Assembly (NCBI RefSeq): GCF_006345805.1
Contig: NC_043005.1
Span: 868,001-932,000, forward strand
Direction of reading: 5' to 3'
Length of the DNA: 64,000 nt
Source: Octopus sinensis
Taxonomy: Eukaryota
Under the pieces are notes generated by a model that saw nothing but the letters and a program-made list of their open reading frames with translations, did not search any database and was not told the DNA's origin. Shown piece after piece: positions 49,342-61,708 of the stretch (positions within the stretch are counted from its first letter, which is position 1; every line of letters starts with the position of its first letter). Both the position numbers and the translations under genes were made by a program.

Positions 49342-52300
49342 TTATCCTTAATCCCACAACATAGACTGGTAGTTAGTGACTTTAGGATCAGGACTAGGAG
49401 GACAACCAGAAGACGACAAATATGGAGAAGAAGGATCTGGAAGCTTAAAGATCCTGCAAATGGACAGAGATTTAGGGACATATTACTTGAAGCCTCTGAC
49501 GAAGTAGAAGGGGATAGAGCATCACAGGGGGTAGAAGACAGCTGGACGTTTCTAAGGGACAACCTGCTGAGAGCCACTGACCAGATCTGTGGCTGGTGCA
49601 AAGTCCCCTCTCGACCTAGAATAACGTGGTGGTGGAACAATATTGTAGACAGGGCTATTAGAGAAAAGAGACAGGCTTGGAAGGTCTGGAAAAATGGGGG
49701 TAGCAGGGAATTGTATCAGACTGCCAAAAGAGAAGCTAGGAGACAGGTTTATTTAGCCAGAGGGGAAGCAGATAAGAAAAAATTTGCCAATGTTCTGCGC
49801 CGTGTGGACCAAAGACTGGAGGTGTTTCGTGTTGCAAGACAGTGTGTGAGAGAGAATCGTGATGTGGTAGGAGAGAAGTGTGTTCGCATGGAAGATGGTT
49901 CACTTGCGCTAAATGAGGATGCAAAGAGAGAGGTTTGGAGATGCCACTATGAAAGGTTGCTGAATGAAGAAAATGAATGGGATAAAGAGAGTCTGCCGAA
50001 TGTTGACCCAACAGAGGGACCAGCTATCCGAGTTGATAGTTCTGTGGTAGCTAAGGCAATTAGAAGCATGAAGACAGGGAAAGCCCCAGGCCCATCAGGA
50101 ATCACTGCAGAGATGCTCAAAATGTCTGGTAGTGTCGGCTATAGCCTAGTCACCCATATAGTTAATCAGGTGATACACAAAGGGGTCATACCCAATGACT
50201 GGTGTAGCAGTATAATAGTCAACTGCTACAAAGGTAAAGGTGATGCCCTAGATACAAATAACTACAGAGGTATCAAGCTGTTGGACCAGGTGATGAAGGT
50301 TACGGAGAGGGGCATAGCCCAACTAATTAGAGAGAGAGTTAGTTTAGATGAGATGCAGTTTGGGTTTGTGCCAGGGAAAAGTACTACTGATGCTATATTC
50401 CTGGTAAGGCAGCTGCAGGAGAAATACCTAGCCAAAGATAAGCCCCTGTACCTGGCTTTTGTTGACATGGAGAAAGCCTTCGACAGGGTCCCCCGATCCC
50501 TTATCTGGTGGGCAATGAGAAAACTAGGGATAGATGAATGGTTAGTGAGAGCTGTGCGGGCCATGTATAGGGACGCCGCTAGTAGGGTGAGGGTTGGAAA
50601 TGAGTACAGTGAAGAATTCCGGGTAGAGGTAGGGGTCCACCAAGGCTCAGTACTCAGCCCCCTCCTATTTATCTTAGTCCTCCAGGCAATAACGGAGGAA
50701 TTCAAGACAGGATGCCCTTGGGAGCTCCTCTATGCTGATGACCTTGCTCTAATTGCTGAGTCGCTATCAGAACTGGAGGAGAAGTTTCAGGTGTGGAAAC
50801 AAGGATTAGAATCGAAGGGCCTCAGAGTCAATCTAGCTAAAACCAAAGTCGTAATCAGTAGGAAGGTAGACAAATCACAAACACCTTCAGGTAGATGGCC
50901 CTGCTCGATCTGTAGAAAAGGTGTAGGTAGAAACTCTATAAGATGCACCAAGTGTAAGCTATGGACACATAAGAGATGCAGCAATGTCAAAGGAAGGCTA
51001 ACTAGGAAGATGGTTTTTGTATGTGGCAGATGCTCAGGAACAATAAACACTGAAAATGCTCTGAGACCAACTTCCGTCACTTTCCAGGGAGAAAAACTAG
51101 AAATAGTTGATAGTTTCCGTTACCTAGGTGACCAAGTCAGCAGCGGGGGCGGGTGTGCTGAAAGTGTAACTGCTAGAGTAAGAATAGCTTGGGCAAAGTT
51201 CAGAGAGCTCTTACCTCTGCTGGTGACAAAAGGCCTCTCGCACAGAGTGAAAGGCAGACTGTATGATGCGTGTGTACGAACAGCCATGCTACATGGCAGT
51301 GAAACATGGGCCGTGACTGCTGAGGATATGCGTAAGCTCGCTAGAAATGAAGCCAGTATGCTCCGATGGATGTGTAATGCCGGTACTCACACTCGGCAGA
51401 GTGTAAGTACCTTGAGAGAAAAGCTGGACCTAAGAAGCATCAGTTGTGGTGTGCAAGAGAGACGTTTGCGCTGGTATGGTCATGTGGCGAGAATGGATGA
51501 AGATAGTTGTGTGAAAAAGTGCCACACCCTAGCGGTTGAGGGAACCTGTGGAAGAGGCAGACCCAGGAAAACCTGGGACGAGGTGGTGAAGCACGACCTT
51601 CGAACTTTAGGTCTCACCGAGGAAATGACTAGAGACCGAGACCTCTGGAAGTGTGCTGTGCGCGAGAAGACCCGGCAGGACAAGTGAGTCCACAACCCGT
51701 GGCCTTCTACATGGGATGGAGCCAGCCTACGTATGCATACCTTCCCTACTTGGGACACAAAACTCTACTTGTGAAGACCTGTTGAGGCAAGTGAGGATCA
51801 GAATCGAAATCGATCAATGGAAATTGCGGATGTGCTACCAGTGCCGGTGGCATGTCGAAACTCTGCTTGTGAAGACCCATTGAGGCAAGTGAGGATCAGA
51901 ATCGAAATCGATCAATGGAAATCGATCAATGGAAATTGCAGATGTGTTACCAGTGCCGGTGGCATGTAAGAGAACTTTCCGTTTCGCGACCGTTGCCAGC
52001 ACCGCCCTGTTTCGTGTCCGTTGCCAGCCTCGCCTGGCCCTCGTGCCGGTGGCACATAAAAAGCATCATCCGTTCGTGGCCGTTTGCCAGCTCTGTCTGG
52101 CACCAGTGCGGGTGGCACGTAAAAAGCACCCACTACACTCACGGAGTGGTTGGCGTTAGGAAGGGCATCCAGCCGTAGAAACACTGCCAGATTTGACTGG
52201 GCCTGATGAAGCCTTCTGGCTTCACAGACCCCAGTAGAACCGTCCAACCCATGCTAGCATGGAAAACGGACGCTAAATGATGATGATGATGATGATGATG
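49342..52300 (+). mobile_element. Young 5'-truncated RTE LINE in DNMT3 intron 4
   Basis: Roughly 90% similar by eye to 21460-24294; duplicated ~100-bp 3' UTR block at 51760-51965; (GAT)n tail. Confidence 0.95.
49345..51687 (+). CDS. RTE ORF2 remnant with uninterrupted RT and PHD-like finger
   Basis: Open from PQHRLVVSDF to the stop. The first ~45 codons of track ORF 49207..51687 come from the flanking element. Most of the endonuclease is missing. Confidence 0.85.
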   Translation, partial: SLIPQHRLVVSDFRIRTRRTTRRRQIWRRRIWKLKDPANGQRFRDILLEASDEVEGDRASQGVEDSWTFLRDNLLRATDQICGWCKVPSRPRITWWWNNIVDRAIREKRQAWKVWKNGGSRELYQTAKREARRQVYLARGEADKKKFANVLRRVDQRLEVFRVARQCVRENRDVVGEKCVRMEDGSLALNEDAKREVWRCHYERLLNEENEWDKESLPNVDPTEGPAIRVDSSVVAKAIRSMKTGKAPGPSGITAEMLKMSGSVGYSLVTHIVNQVIHKGVIPNDWCSSIIVNCYKGKGDALDTNNYRGIKLLDQVMKVTERGIAQLIRERVSLDEMQFGFVPGKSTTDAIFLVRQLQEKYLAKDKPLYLAFVDMEKAFDRVPRSLIWWAMRKLGIDEWLVRAVRAMYRDAASRVRVGNEYSEEFRVEVGVHQGSVLSPLLFILVLQAITEEFKTGCPWELLYADDLALIAESLSELEEKFQVWKQGLESKGLRVNLAKTKVVISRKVDKSQTPSGRWPCSICRKGVGRNSIRCTKCKLWTHKRCSNVKGRLTRKMVFVCGRCSGTINTENALRPTSVTFQGEKLEIVDSFRYLGDQVSSGGGCAESVTARVRIAWAKFRELLPLLVTKGLSHRVKGRLYDACVRTAMLHGSETWAVTAEDMRKLARNEASMLRWMCNAGTHTRQSVSTLREKLDLRSISCGVQERRLRWYGHVARMDEDSCVKKCHTLAVEGTCGRGRPRKTWDEVVKHDLRTLGLTEEMTRDRDLWKCAVREKTRQDK

Positions 52301-52536
52301 TAACTTCCATAGTCTTGTCCAACAATTTCGTATTTCTTTTAGCAGCATCTGTTATTTTACTTGATTTGCAACATTGGACTGTGGCCTTGCTGGGGCACCA
52401 CCCTGGAGGGTTTTGTCAAATTGTTCCCAGTATTTATTTTATCAGTCCATTTTATTGAACCACTAAGTTACATATTCTTAAACAGTCCAATATTACTGCT
52501 GTCAGGCATAAAGTAAAATACCATGCACACGCGTGT

Positions 52537-52567
<31 letters not shown>

Positions 52568-52782
52568 GGGCTTCTACCCAGTTTCTGGTCATCAAATGCG
52601 CTGGAAAGGAACTGATCAAACTAGGATTGAATCTGATTTTGAAGCAATCGTCTCCACCATATAGCCATGCCTGTTCCTTATAATGAATTTGCTTTTACAA
52701 TCTGCCATATCAAGTCTATAAAGTAAATTTTTATTATTACATCAACAGTTATATAATATTGTTTTCACATTTTTCACTTCAG

Positions 52783-52899
52783 GAGATCCATATCCACAAT
52801 TTGTTAAACGAAAGCTACAACCAATATTCAAGACAGCTGAAAATATCGAGGAAGAACCAGTTCGAGTATCATCCCCACCCAATCCACTTTTTGAAAACA
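52783..52899 (+). CDS. DNMT3: DNMT3-like coding exon 5, linker (DPYPQFVKRKLQPIFKTAENIEEEPVRVSSPPNPLFEN)
   Basis: Acceptor TTTTCACTTCAG|, donor ACA|GTGAGA, 117 nt, phase 1-1, open frame continuous with exons 4 and 6. Confidence 0.65.
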
Positions 52900-53794
52900 G
52901 TGAGATACAGTTTGCTTCTATCTGATAATTAGTAATGAAAATAGGGATGTTGTCATGAGGTTTTGATGATAACCAGCCTCCTCAGATCTCAAGAACTACC
53001 TCTTAGGATTCTTGCAGAATACAAGATTGTATTTTCCAACATTCTTTAGTCTCTTATGCAGTAGTTTGCCTGCTGTGCCAAGTGCACCTGTTACCAAGGA
53101 AACATTTTCTACCTTTGTCTCCCTCAATCTCATCTGTGTGCTGAGCTCTGAGACTTCTCAATTTCTTTTCTATCTACTCTATTCTCATATGTTATTGCCA
53201 TGTTTGATCTTACATTTTTTTCTTTTGCTTGCCCTTTACAATCCTATCTGGTTGCCTTGCCTTAATAGCATGATCAAGAATCCAATAATTATTATTCACC
53301 ATCACAATCTTTGGTCCGATGTTCATACCACTTTTATGGCAACCACACACTTGGCCGACATACCAGTCCACCTCTTACTGACATAGTCATGCCTGTGCTT
53401 TACTCATTTTGCATTAGCTTATTTCATTCGCTTACGAGATGGTTCATGCTTTCATCTTCTTTTTCACTGACTACATTTAGCCTCTGATAGAATTGTAATA
53501 ATTCTAGTCATTATCAAGTCTATTATTTCTGATTTTGGGTACAAAGTCTAAAACTTCTGGTAGACAATTTAGTTGATCAAATCAACCTTAGTATTTAATA
53601 GGTTCTTTATTTTATTGAGCCTGGAAGGATGAAAGGCAGAGTTGACATGAGTTGGATTTGAAGTTAATATCTAAAGAGTAGGAACAAATTTAGCAAGGTA
53701 TTCTGTACAATGCTCTAATGATGCTGCTCCATTCAACTGCTCTAATAAAGTATTTCTAAATTTATTGAAATATTTTGATTTTGACTTTTAACAG

Positions 53795-53839
53795 ATGATC
53801 TCATAAATAAACTGAAGACTAATCTAGTAAAAATTCAAG
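53795..53839 (+). CDS. DNMT3: DNMT3-like coding exon 6 (NDLINKLKTNLVKIQ)
   Basis: Acceptor TTTTAACAG|, donor AAG|GTGAGT, 45 nt, phase 1-1; positionally like the helix that precedes the ADD domain. Confidence 0.65.
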
Positions 53840-53949
53840 GTGAGTCACTCATTTATTAATATTATTTTTTATTTTATTGTGGATCTTTTGAGTTGTTAAA
53901 TTTGTTACCAGTAATCTATTAATTTCAATAAAAGTTGCTATACTCTTTC

Positions 53950-56525
53950 ATCCTCATCATTTAACGTCTGTTGTCCATGCTGGCATGGGTTGGACAGTTT
54001 GACCAGGGCTGGCAAGCTGGACTGGATGGCTGCACCAGACTCCCATCTGATTTGGCATCGTTTCTATGTCTGGATGCCCTTCCTAATGCCAACCACTCTG
54101 ACGTGCCTCTGGCACAGGTGCCTTTTGTGTGACACCAGTATCTGCCCCAACTGTGATTTTACTTGGCTTGATGGGTCTTCTCAAACATGACATAATGTCA
54201 AAGGTCTCAGTCCTTGTCTCTGTGAAGCCCAACACTTGAAAGAAGCTTTTCATGTGCCACTGGCATCAGACATTTTGCCTCCATGAGGCTCAATACTTGG
54301 AAGGTGCTTTTTACGTGCCACTGGTACAAGTGCCAGTGGCATGGCACCAGCATCAGCAATGACTGTGATTTCACTTGGCTTGACAAGTCTTCTCAAGCAC
54401 AGCATATCTCCAAAGGTCTCACATACTGGTCATCACTTCTGTGAGGTCCAAAGTTTGAAGATCATGCTTGACCACCCCCTACCATGTCTTCCTCTCCCAC
54501 AGATTCCCTCCACCTGTCCTCATCCATATGCATCACATGACCATACCAGCACAGTCGTCTCTCTTGCTCACCACATCTGATGCTTCTTATATCCAACTTT
54601 TCTCTCAAAATGCTTACACTCTGTCGAATATGCACACTGACATTGCACATCCAGCAAAGCATACTGGCTTCATTTCTTTCAATCCTAAATGTGTCCTCTG
54701 CTGTCACAGTCCATGTTTCACTGCCATGTAGCAGAGCTGTTTGCACACAGGAATCATGTAATCTGCTTTTCACTCCGAGAGAGAGGCTCCTTGTTACCAG
54801 CAGGGGTAGGAGGTCTCTGAACTTTGCCCAGCTTAATCTTATTCTCACAGCTATGCTCTTGGAGCATCCACCTCCACTACTTACTTGGTCACCTAGATAA
54901 CGGAATCTATCTCCTACCTCTAGCTTACCCTGCTGGAAGTTGATAGAGTCTCTTTTCTGTACATTTTCAGTGTTTATTGTACCAGTGCCTCTTCCACACA
55001 CAAAAGCTGTTTTCCCTGTTAACCTTCTTCTGATATTGTTGCACCTCTTACATGTCCAAAGCTTACACCAGGTGTATTGTATGGAGTTTCCACCTATTCC
55101 TTGTCTACAGATTGAGCAGGGTCATCTACCTGAAGGGATTTATGATTTGTCTGCTTTCCTACCTACTAAGACTTTGGTTTTTGCTATGTTAACTCTAAGG
55201 CCCTTCAATTCTAGACCTTGCTAGTTCTGGTAATGATTCAGCTATAAGAAGGAGGTCATCTGCATAGAGGAGCTCTCAGGGGCAGCCTGTCTTAAATTCC
55301 TCTTTTATTGCCTGGAGGACTATGATGAGCAAGAGTGGATTGAGGACCGATCCTTGGTGAACCGTTACTTGTACCCTAAATTCTTTGCTGTACTCATTGC
55401 TAACCCTCACTTTATTGGTAGCGTTCTTGTACATGGTTTGTACAGCTCTCCCTAGTTTTCGCATTGACCACCAGATAAGGGATCAGGGCACTCTGTCAAA
55501 GGCTTTCTCCACGTCAACAAAAGCCAAGTACAGGGGTTTATCCTTGGCTAGGTATTTCTCCTGCAGCTGCCTTACCAGAAATATAGCATCAGTGGTGCTT
55601 CTACCTGGCATAAAACCAAACTGCATCTCATCTAGGCTAACTCTCTCCCTAATTAATTGGAAAGTGACCCCTCTCCATAACTTTCATCACCTGATCCAAC
55701 AAACTGATACCTCTGTAATTATTTCTATCTAAGGTATCACCTTTACCTTAATGCCAGTTGACTCTGGTGCTTCTACACCAGTCATTGGGTATGACTCCTT
55801 TGTGAACCATCTGAACCAGTCATTGGGTATGACTCCTTCGTGAACCATCTGAACCAGTCATTGGGTATGACTCCTTCGTGAACCATCTGAACCAGTCATT
55901 GGGTATGACTCCTTCGTGAACCATCTGAACCAGTCATTGGGTATGACTCCTTCGTGAACCATCTGAACCAGTCATTGGGTATGACTCCTTCGTGAACCAT
56001 CTGAACCAGTCATTGAGTATGACTCCTTCGTGAACCATCTGAACCAGTCATTGGGTATGACTCCTTCGTGAACCATCTGAACCAGTCATTGGGTATGACT
56101 CCTTCGTGAACCATCTGAACCAGTCATTGGGTATGACTCCTTCGTGAACCATCTGAACCAGTCATTGGGTATGACTCCTTCGTGAACCATCTGAACCAGT
56201 CATTGGGTATGACTCCTTCGTGAACCATCTGAACCAGTCATTGGGTATGACTCCTTCGTGAACCATCTGATTTACAATATGGACTAGACCATAACCCACA
56301 CCGCTAGATATTTTAAGCATCTCAGTGGTGATTTCTGATGGGCCGGGGTCTTTCCCTGTCTATATATCCTTAATTGCTTTATCTACCAGGGTACTGTTGA
56401 TTTGGGTAGCTGGTCCCTTAACTGGGTCGACATTTGGCAGACTCTCCTCTTTCCATTCATTCTCCACATTCAACAGTCTTTCATAATAGCATTTCCAAAC
56501 CTCTTTTATTGCAGATAAGGGAATT
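53950..56525 (-). mobile_element. Older RTE LINE in DNMT3 intron 6 containing a tandem array
   Basis: RT motifs (HQGSVLNP, ALLHGSETW, WYGHV) with stops; degenerate (CAT)n tail at about 53950. Confidence 0.9.
55777..56270. repeat. Tandem array, 13 x 38 bp (ACCAGTCATTGGGTATGACTCCTTCGTGAACCATCTGA)
   Basis: 494 bp = 13 units, two single-base variants seen, no spacers; the unit is RTE coding sequence (QMVHEGVIPNDW on the minus strand). Confidence 0.95.
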
Positions 56526-56835
56526 AGCACGTAAAAGCACCATCCATTCATGTCCGTTGCCAGCCTCGCCTGGCCCCGTGCTGGTGGCACATAAAAGCAC
56601 CATCCGTCGTGGCCGTTTGCCAGCCCCGTCTGGCACCTGTGCGGGTGGCACGTAAAAAGCACCCACTACACTCACGGAGTGGTTGGCGTTAGGAAGGGCA
56701 TCCAGCCGTAAAAACACTGCCAGATCAGACTGGGCCTGATGCAGCCTTCTGGCTTCACAGACCCTAGTTGAACCGTCCAACCCATGCTAGCATGAAAAGC
56801 GGACGCTAAATGATGATGATGATGATGATGATGAA
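56525..56835 (+). mobile_element. Young RTE 3' tail
   Basis: Subrepeats, conserved tail and (GAT)n. Confidence 0.85.
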
Positions 56836-57739
56836 TATACAAGTGAAGCCTGCCAAATTACTACAAATATTGTGCCCCTGAATCTCAGGAAATCTGCCAT
56901 AGGGATCTGATATATACAACTTTACCAACAATACCTTTATTGGATCACAATAACAATGTTTCATGTTTGGATTGAGGGAACACTTTACTCTTCATCATTT
57001 CTTGATCTAAAATCTCACATGTGACCCACATTCAAGTACTGTTCACATATCTTGGATGGTTCTGCTGCTGCACACATTTACACAGACATCCTAGCTTACA
57101 TTCAAAAGGCCATCTGGTGAATTGGCGAAGATTCACTAACCAACATACCATAACCTCCAATTCAGAGGCATTTCTTCTTTGTTTTTCTAGAGTTTCTATA
57201 TCATCACCCGCTCTTCTGTCACAATTTCGATTTAAACACATTCATTCATTCTTTGATAAGCAACTCTAGGGAATTTCAATCTGCTCATATTTCTCTTGAA
57301 GATCTGAAGATTTACGGGTTTTCAAATTAAGCATTCACCACATTGATCTCTACAGTTTAGGTGGGTGATTAACATCAAACATGGGTGCTGCACTTCTGAC
57401 AAATGAATAACAAGCAAAAACCATTGAGGTATATGTGCTTTGAAGGCACATAAATAAAATTTTTCTTACCCGACTTGCAATTGGGTACTGCTGGCAGATT
57501 GATCAATTCTTCACCTGTGTTGTCACGACTTTTCTATCTTCACAACTGGTATCTCTCACTGCTCGTGTCCCTAGGAAAAGCAAATGCAGGGAAAAACTTT
57601 TCTTCTCAATTGCTGACATGATGTCATCTCTTGCTACTTCCAGTCTTCCTTCCACCATACACCCCCGCCCCCTATCTAATGATCATTGCTCACCTGTTCT
57701 GTCTCGTAATCATCCATCCACCTAGGGGGTTGACGTTCC

Positions 57740-60700
57740 CTTAGAAATCTTCATAGAGTCTTGGCGCCACTTTCTCCCTCCCCTTCGTCATCGGAAGAGC
57801 TAATAACCCTTTGAATATCTAGGATCCACTGATACATCATTCGAAATACTGATTGCGATCCCCTTTCTTTTTTCCACTGTGTTGTGCACTGAGTATTCAG
57901 GGGCTTCACCCACACTTCATCTCCAACCTGCACAGATGTAATTCCTTCCACTTCTCACTTCTGTGGCACCATGCTCAGGTGTCTCCATTTATATTGGAAT
58001 ATGGCCCTGTGCAGGACTGACTCTTTGACTTACCCTACCCTGGGCAATATGTTATACCAGAAGACTGCCTCCATAGGGAAGATTCGTCCCCTTTCAGCCA
58101 TGGCTTTAATCATACGGTAGTGCCGTTCCACAATCCCATTTCCCCCTGCCCTGTATGCAGCTCTGAAAAAAGTGTCTTGTGCACCATCTTCCAAGTATAT
58201 CTCTCAGCTGCTCTGAGCAAAAAACTGCACTATTATTTATCAATAGCCCGTCTACAGGATCCCTTTCCAAAAACACTGCATTCAGCACCTCTGTTCCCTT
58301 GGCAGTAGTCTCCACCCTGATTTCTCTCTTTATAGCCTTTCACTCCGGCCCACAGTCAACCATTGTGTCACATCAATGGCCAGCCCCTTTCATTCTTCCT
58401 CTACCTGGATCTTTCCTGGTTCGCGTGTGTTCAGAGGCAGGATCAATCAATTGGCCCCTGTTACACTTCCTCACTATCCTCTGAATGCTCTCTTTGGTGA
58501 CATCAGGGTCAACGATCCTTGCCAAAAACATTGTCCTGTCGACCCCTATATCGTGCATATTGTGCAGCCTCCTTAGTTCTGAGCCCTCCAACTGACAAAC
58601 TGCTGCTACCTCACCCAGAACATCCTCTGTTGTCTCCAACCAATTCTTTTTCACTCTGATTAGAATGTCTGCTTTATTTTTTTCCAAGGGCGCGAACGCC
58701 ACATGCAGTTCTAGGGCAAACTTGGCAGCTAGCTCCCTCAGGATACCCAGATGACGCTTGATCACAATTTCCGTGTCCCCTTTCATGCAAATCCTCTTCC
58801 AGTTGGTGATCACTGACTCCACCCACCCTCGCACTCTGCCAGAATCAGTCTGGATCTCAACAGTTCACAGTCCCTATCTCAATGCTAGGTTGACACCTTT
58901 CAGCACAGCATCCAGTTTGGTTACAGTGATGTGGTTGTAAACGTCCTTCTTTCTAAGTCATGCTGCATCTTCCACTTCAACACCTCCTATTTCTAGCATG
59001 ACTCTCAATGCTATGCTGCTTGCGTTGCACCACATGATCCTTTTCTTTGTATCAGGCACTTACCAGCCGCCCCTCACTGGATCCTGTGCTCGCACTCTCT
59101 CCAAGACCTCTTGCATCATCACCATTGTCTTCTCTGCCACTTTATCACCCAGTTCTCTCTTTCTGCTCGTCTTTTGAGATAGCTCTATGCTGTTTGGAGC
59201 CATCCTGCAACAGGATAGTGGCCCACCAACTTCCCATACTTCCCAGCTCTTGCCTATTCATATTCTGTTTCAAATCTGGGATCTCGTTTCCTCTGTGAAA
59301 CACAAGCCTACCCAATTTTTGTCTCTTTTGAGCTTAAGCCCCAGAGCCGTACCTCCTTCTATACTTCCAGGTGGTTTTACTGTCAGCCCAAACCTCCTCA
59401 GATGGTCCACAATTTCCTCTGCTGGCATCACATTTTCATCTACTATGATATTGTCAATATATGAGCAGGTAGCCTGCTCCACTTTGCCCAAAACTGTCTT
59501 GAGGACCTTCGCCATGATCTTTGGCACTGAACTCAACCTGAAACTCAGTTGAATCAGGCAGTATGTTTTGCCCCTGTACCTCACCAGTTGGTACTTCCAC
59601 AACTTCTCTGGTACATGGAGATGCAGACAGACTGAGGTTGATGATTGTAGCAGGTCCCCTCATTTGTCTCCACTCACGAAGAGTTTCTCCACACACGTCT
59701 TCTGCCTTGCCATCCACATGACAGGACACATTTTTGTTCAGTTTCCTGAAGTCTAGCACCGACCGAACTTTATTTTTTGTCGGATGAACAACAGCCATCA
59801 ATGGCAGCACACCGCCCATCGTTTCTTCACTCCATGGCATCAGAATGCCCTCCTCTGTCCACCTCTTCACCTCTGTCTCGAATTCAAACCTGGCTTCTCT
59901 TTTCAGGGTATGCTCATAGCAGCTCACCCTGTTTCTCAGTATGGGAGGTTTTCCTTTCAAGAAATATTCCACCATCCATCTTTTGCTGTCAAACTCAGCA
60001 CGGAAGTCCTTGTCCTTAACAGAAAATCCTCTCTGGGCTAGTAATTTATCATTCTTACAGTCTTTTTCCTCCACTTCACACTCACAGCATGCAGCACACT
60101 GGTTACCAAACTCTACTCCTGTCCTGCCAACCGTCACACCTCCCAATATTGTGATCACATCCATTCTGGTCACTACATCAATGCAATCCACTATCTCATC
60201 AACTACAATCACCTGCAGCCTCAACACAGACCCCTGTATCTCCATTTCATAGTCGCTGATGCCCCTACATTTGACTACCCTAGCATCTACCGCTCTGAGC
60301 CTGGTGTTTCCTCTCCAGTTCTCAACCATTTTTGTGGTCGCCAGGGTTGTTGTACAACCTGTATCCACAAGGGCTCATGCTTCTCTCACCCCCACCTTAA
60401 GCCTCACTACAGGCAACGTTTGGTTGTGCACCTTCAACTAGTATGTTCGTTTCCCTGCTTGCAGATTTTTTTCTGTGTGCCCAGGGTGGCCGCATCAGAA
60501 ACCTACCCCCATTGGCTTCGGTTGCATGCATTCCCTGACCATTTGCAGACCTTAGCATTTGAAACATGATCCCTTGGTCATTTGCCTTGCCAGACTCTTG
60601 CTGTCATTATTTGCTACCTGCCTCTTCGTCCCACCCATGACCATCGTCACTGGTCTCACTTTGTCTTGAATGTCACCTTGCATCAATATACGTCACTTAT

Positions 60701-60980
60701 TAATTATCTCTCCTACCGATATCGTTTTGATGTTCGGCATCTGCTGCAGACGTACAGACATATAGTCAGGGAAGCTGGTCACAAAAGCCAGCTTCACCAT
60801 CCATTCCATTGCTGCTCTGTTAGGCCCACCAATCTTCTAATTTCGCTCACATAATTATCTATCTGCTCGCCAGTTTATCTCACCTTCCCGAGCTTGCTAT
60901 AGGCTTTAAAAGACCCTTCTGTGTATGTGTCCTTCAGCCATTGTTCAATTTTTTTCTGCTTTCTCTTGATCTGCTTCATC
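57740..60980 (-). mobile_element. Degraded Ty3/Gypsy LTR retrotransposon (gag, PR, RT, RNase H, IN); LTRs not identified
   Basis: Two CCHC-like knuckles (about 60480-60570), protease DTG, RT VLDFRKLN and YIDN, RNase H-like region, integrase-like ERHY..IKAM; domain order is Gypsy-type. Confidence 0.85.
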
Positions 60981-61430
60981 CGTCTCCAGGTAGAGTTCCA
61001 GTGGATAAAATGCCTTATGGTATTAATTCTGTAAGGCAGTTAATTTTGTCATCCTTTGGGGGATTGATAAAGTACTATCTATGGTAACTCCGCTGCAACT
61101 GTAACATTGAAAACATGTTAAATTTATGACTTCATGAGAAGATACAACTGAAACGTAACTGAAACTGTTGAGGTTTATTCTTTCAGAAGATATTTTGGAG
61201 GATAGGGATTTGATGTGAACACAAAAGCAGAGCTTGTGTTAATGGCAGTAATTCAATGGAAATAGTTAATCTCTCTCTTAGAGTAGAAGCAAAACATATT
61301 GTTTTGCTGTTCAGATAAATAAAAGTGAATAGGTAAAGAGGGAAGGAGTTTCATGTTACAAGTATCCTTAAAGATTCAGTTGTTGGTGACATCACAGTGC
61401 TGCTGGTAGTGGTCGTAATAAATATGGCAC

Positions 61431-61665
61431 AAGGCGGTGAGCTGGCAGAACTGTTAGCACGACGGGCGAAAAGCGTAGCCGTATTTCGTCTGCCGTTACA
61501 TTCTGAGTTCAAATTCCGCTGAGGTCAACTTTGCTGCTCATCCTTTCGGGGTCAATAAATTAAGTATCAGTTACACACTGGGGTTGATGTAATCGACCTA
61601 ATCCGTTTGTCTGTCCTTGTTTGTCCCCTCTGTGTTTAGGCCCCTGTGGGCAATAAAGAAACAGC
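61431..61665 (+). mobile_element. tRNA-derived SINE, second family
   Basis: GGCGGTGAGCTGGCAG head, GAGTTCAAATTCC box B, CATCCTTTCGGGGTCAATAAATTAAGTA core. Confidence 0.8.
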
Positions 61666-61708
61666 TAATAAACATGGCATAGTGTAAATAATATTGCCTT
61701 TTTTCCAG

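Noticed and set aside
55777-56270. CRISPR array (38-bp hairpin repeat)
   Set aside because: The units are head-to-tail with no spacers, the unit is RTE coding sequence, there are no cas genes, and the context is eukaryotic.
53950-56835. Twin-priming 5' inversion of a single RTE
   Set aside because: The minus-strand body has its own 3' tail and is more diverged than the + strand tail, so these are two separate insertions.
57400-61140. LTR pair for the Gypsy element
   Set aside because: No matching direct repeats, PBS or PPT could be identified on either side.
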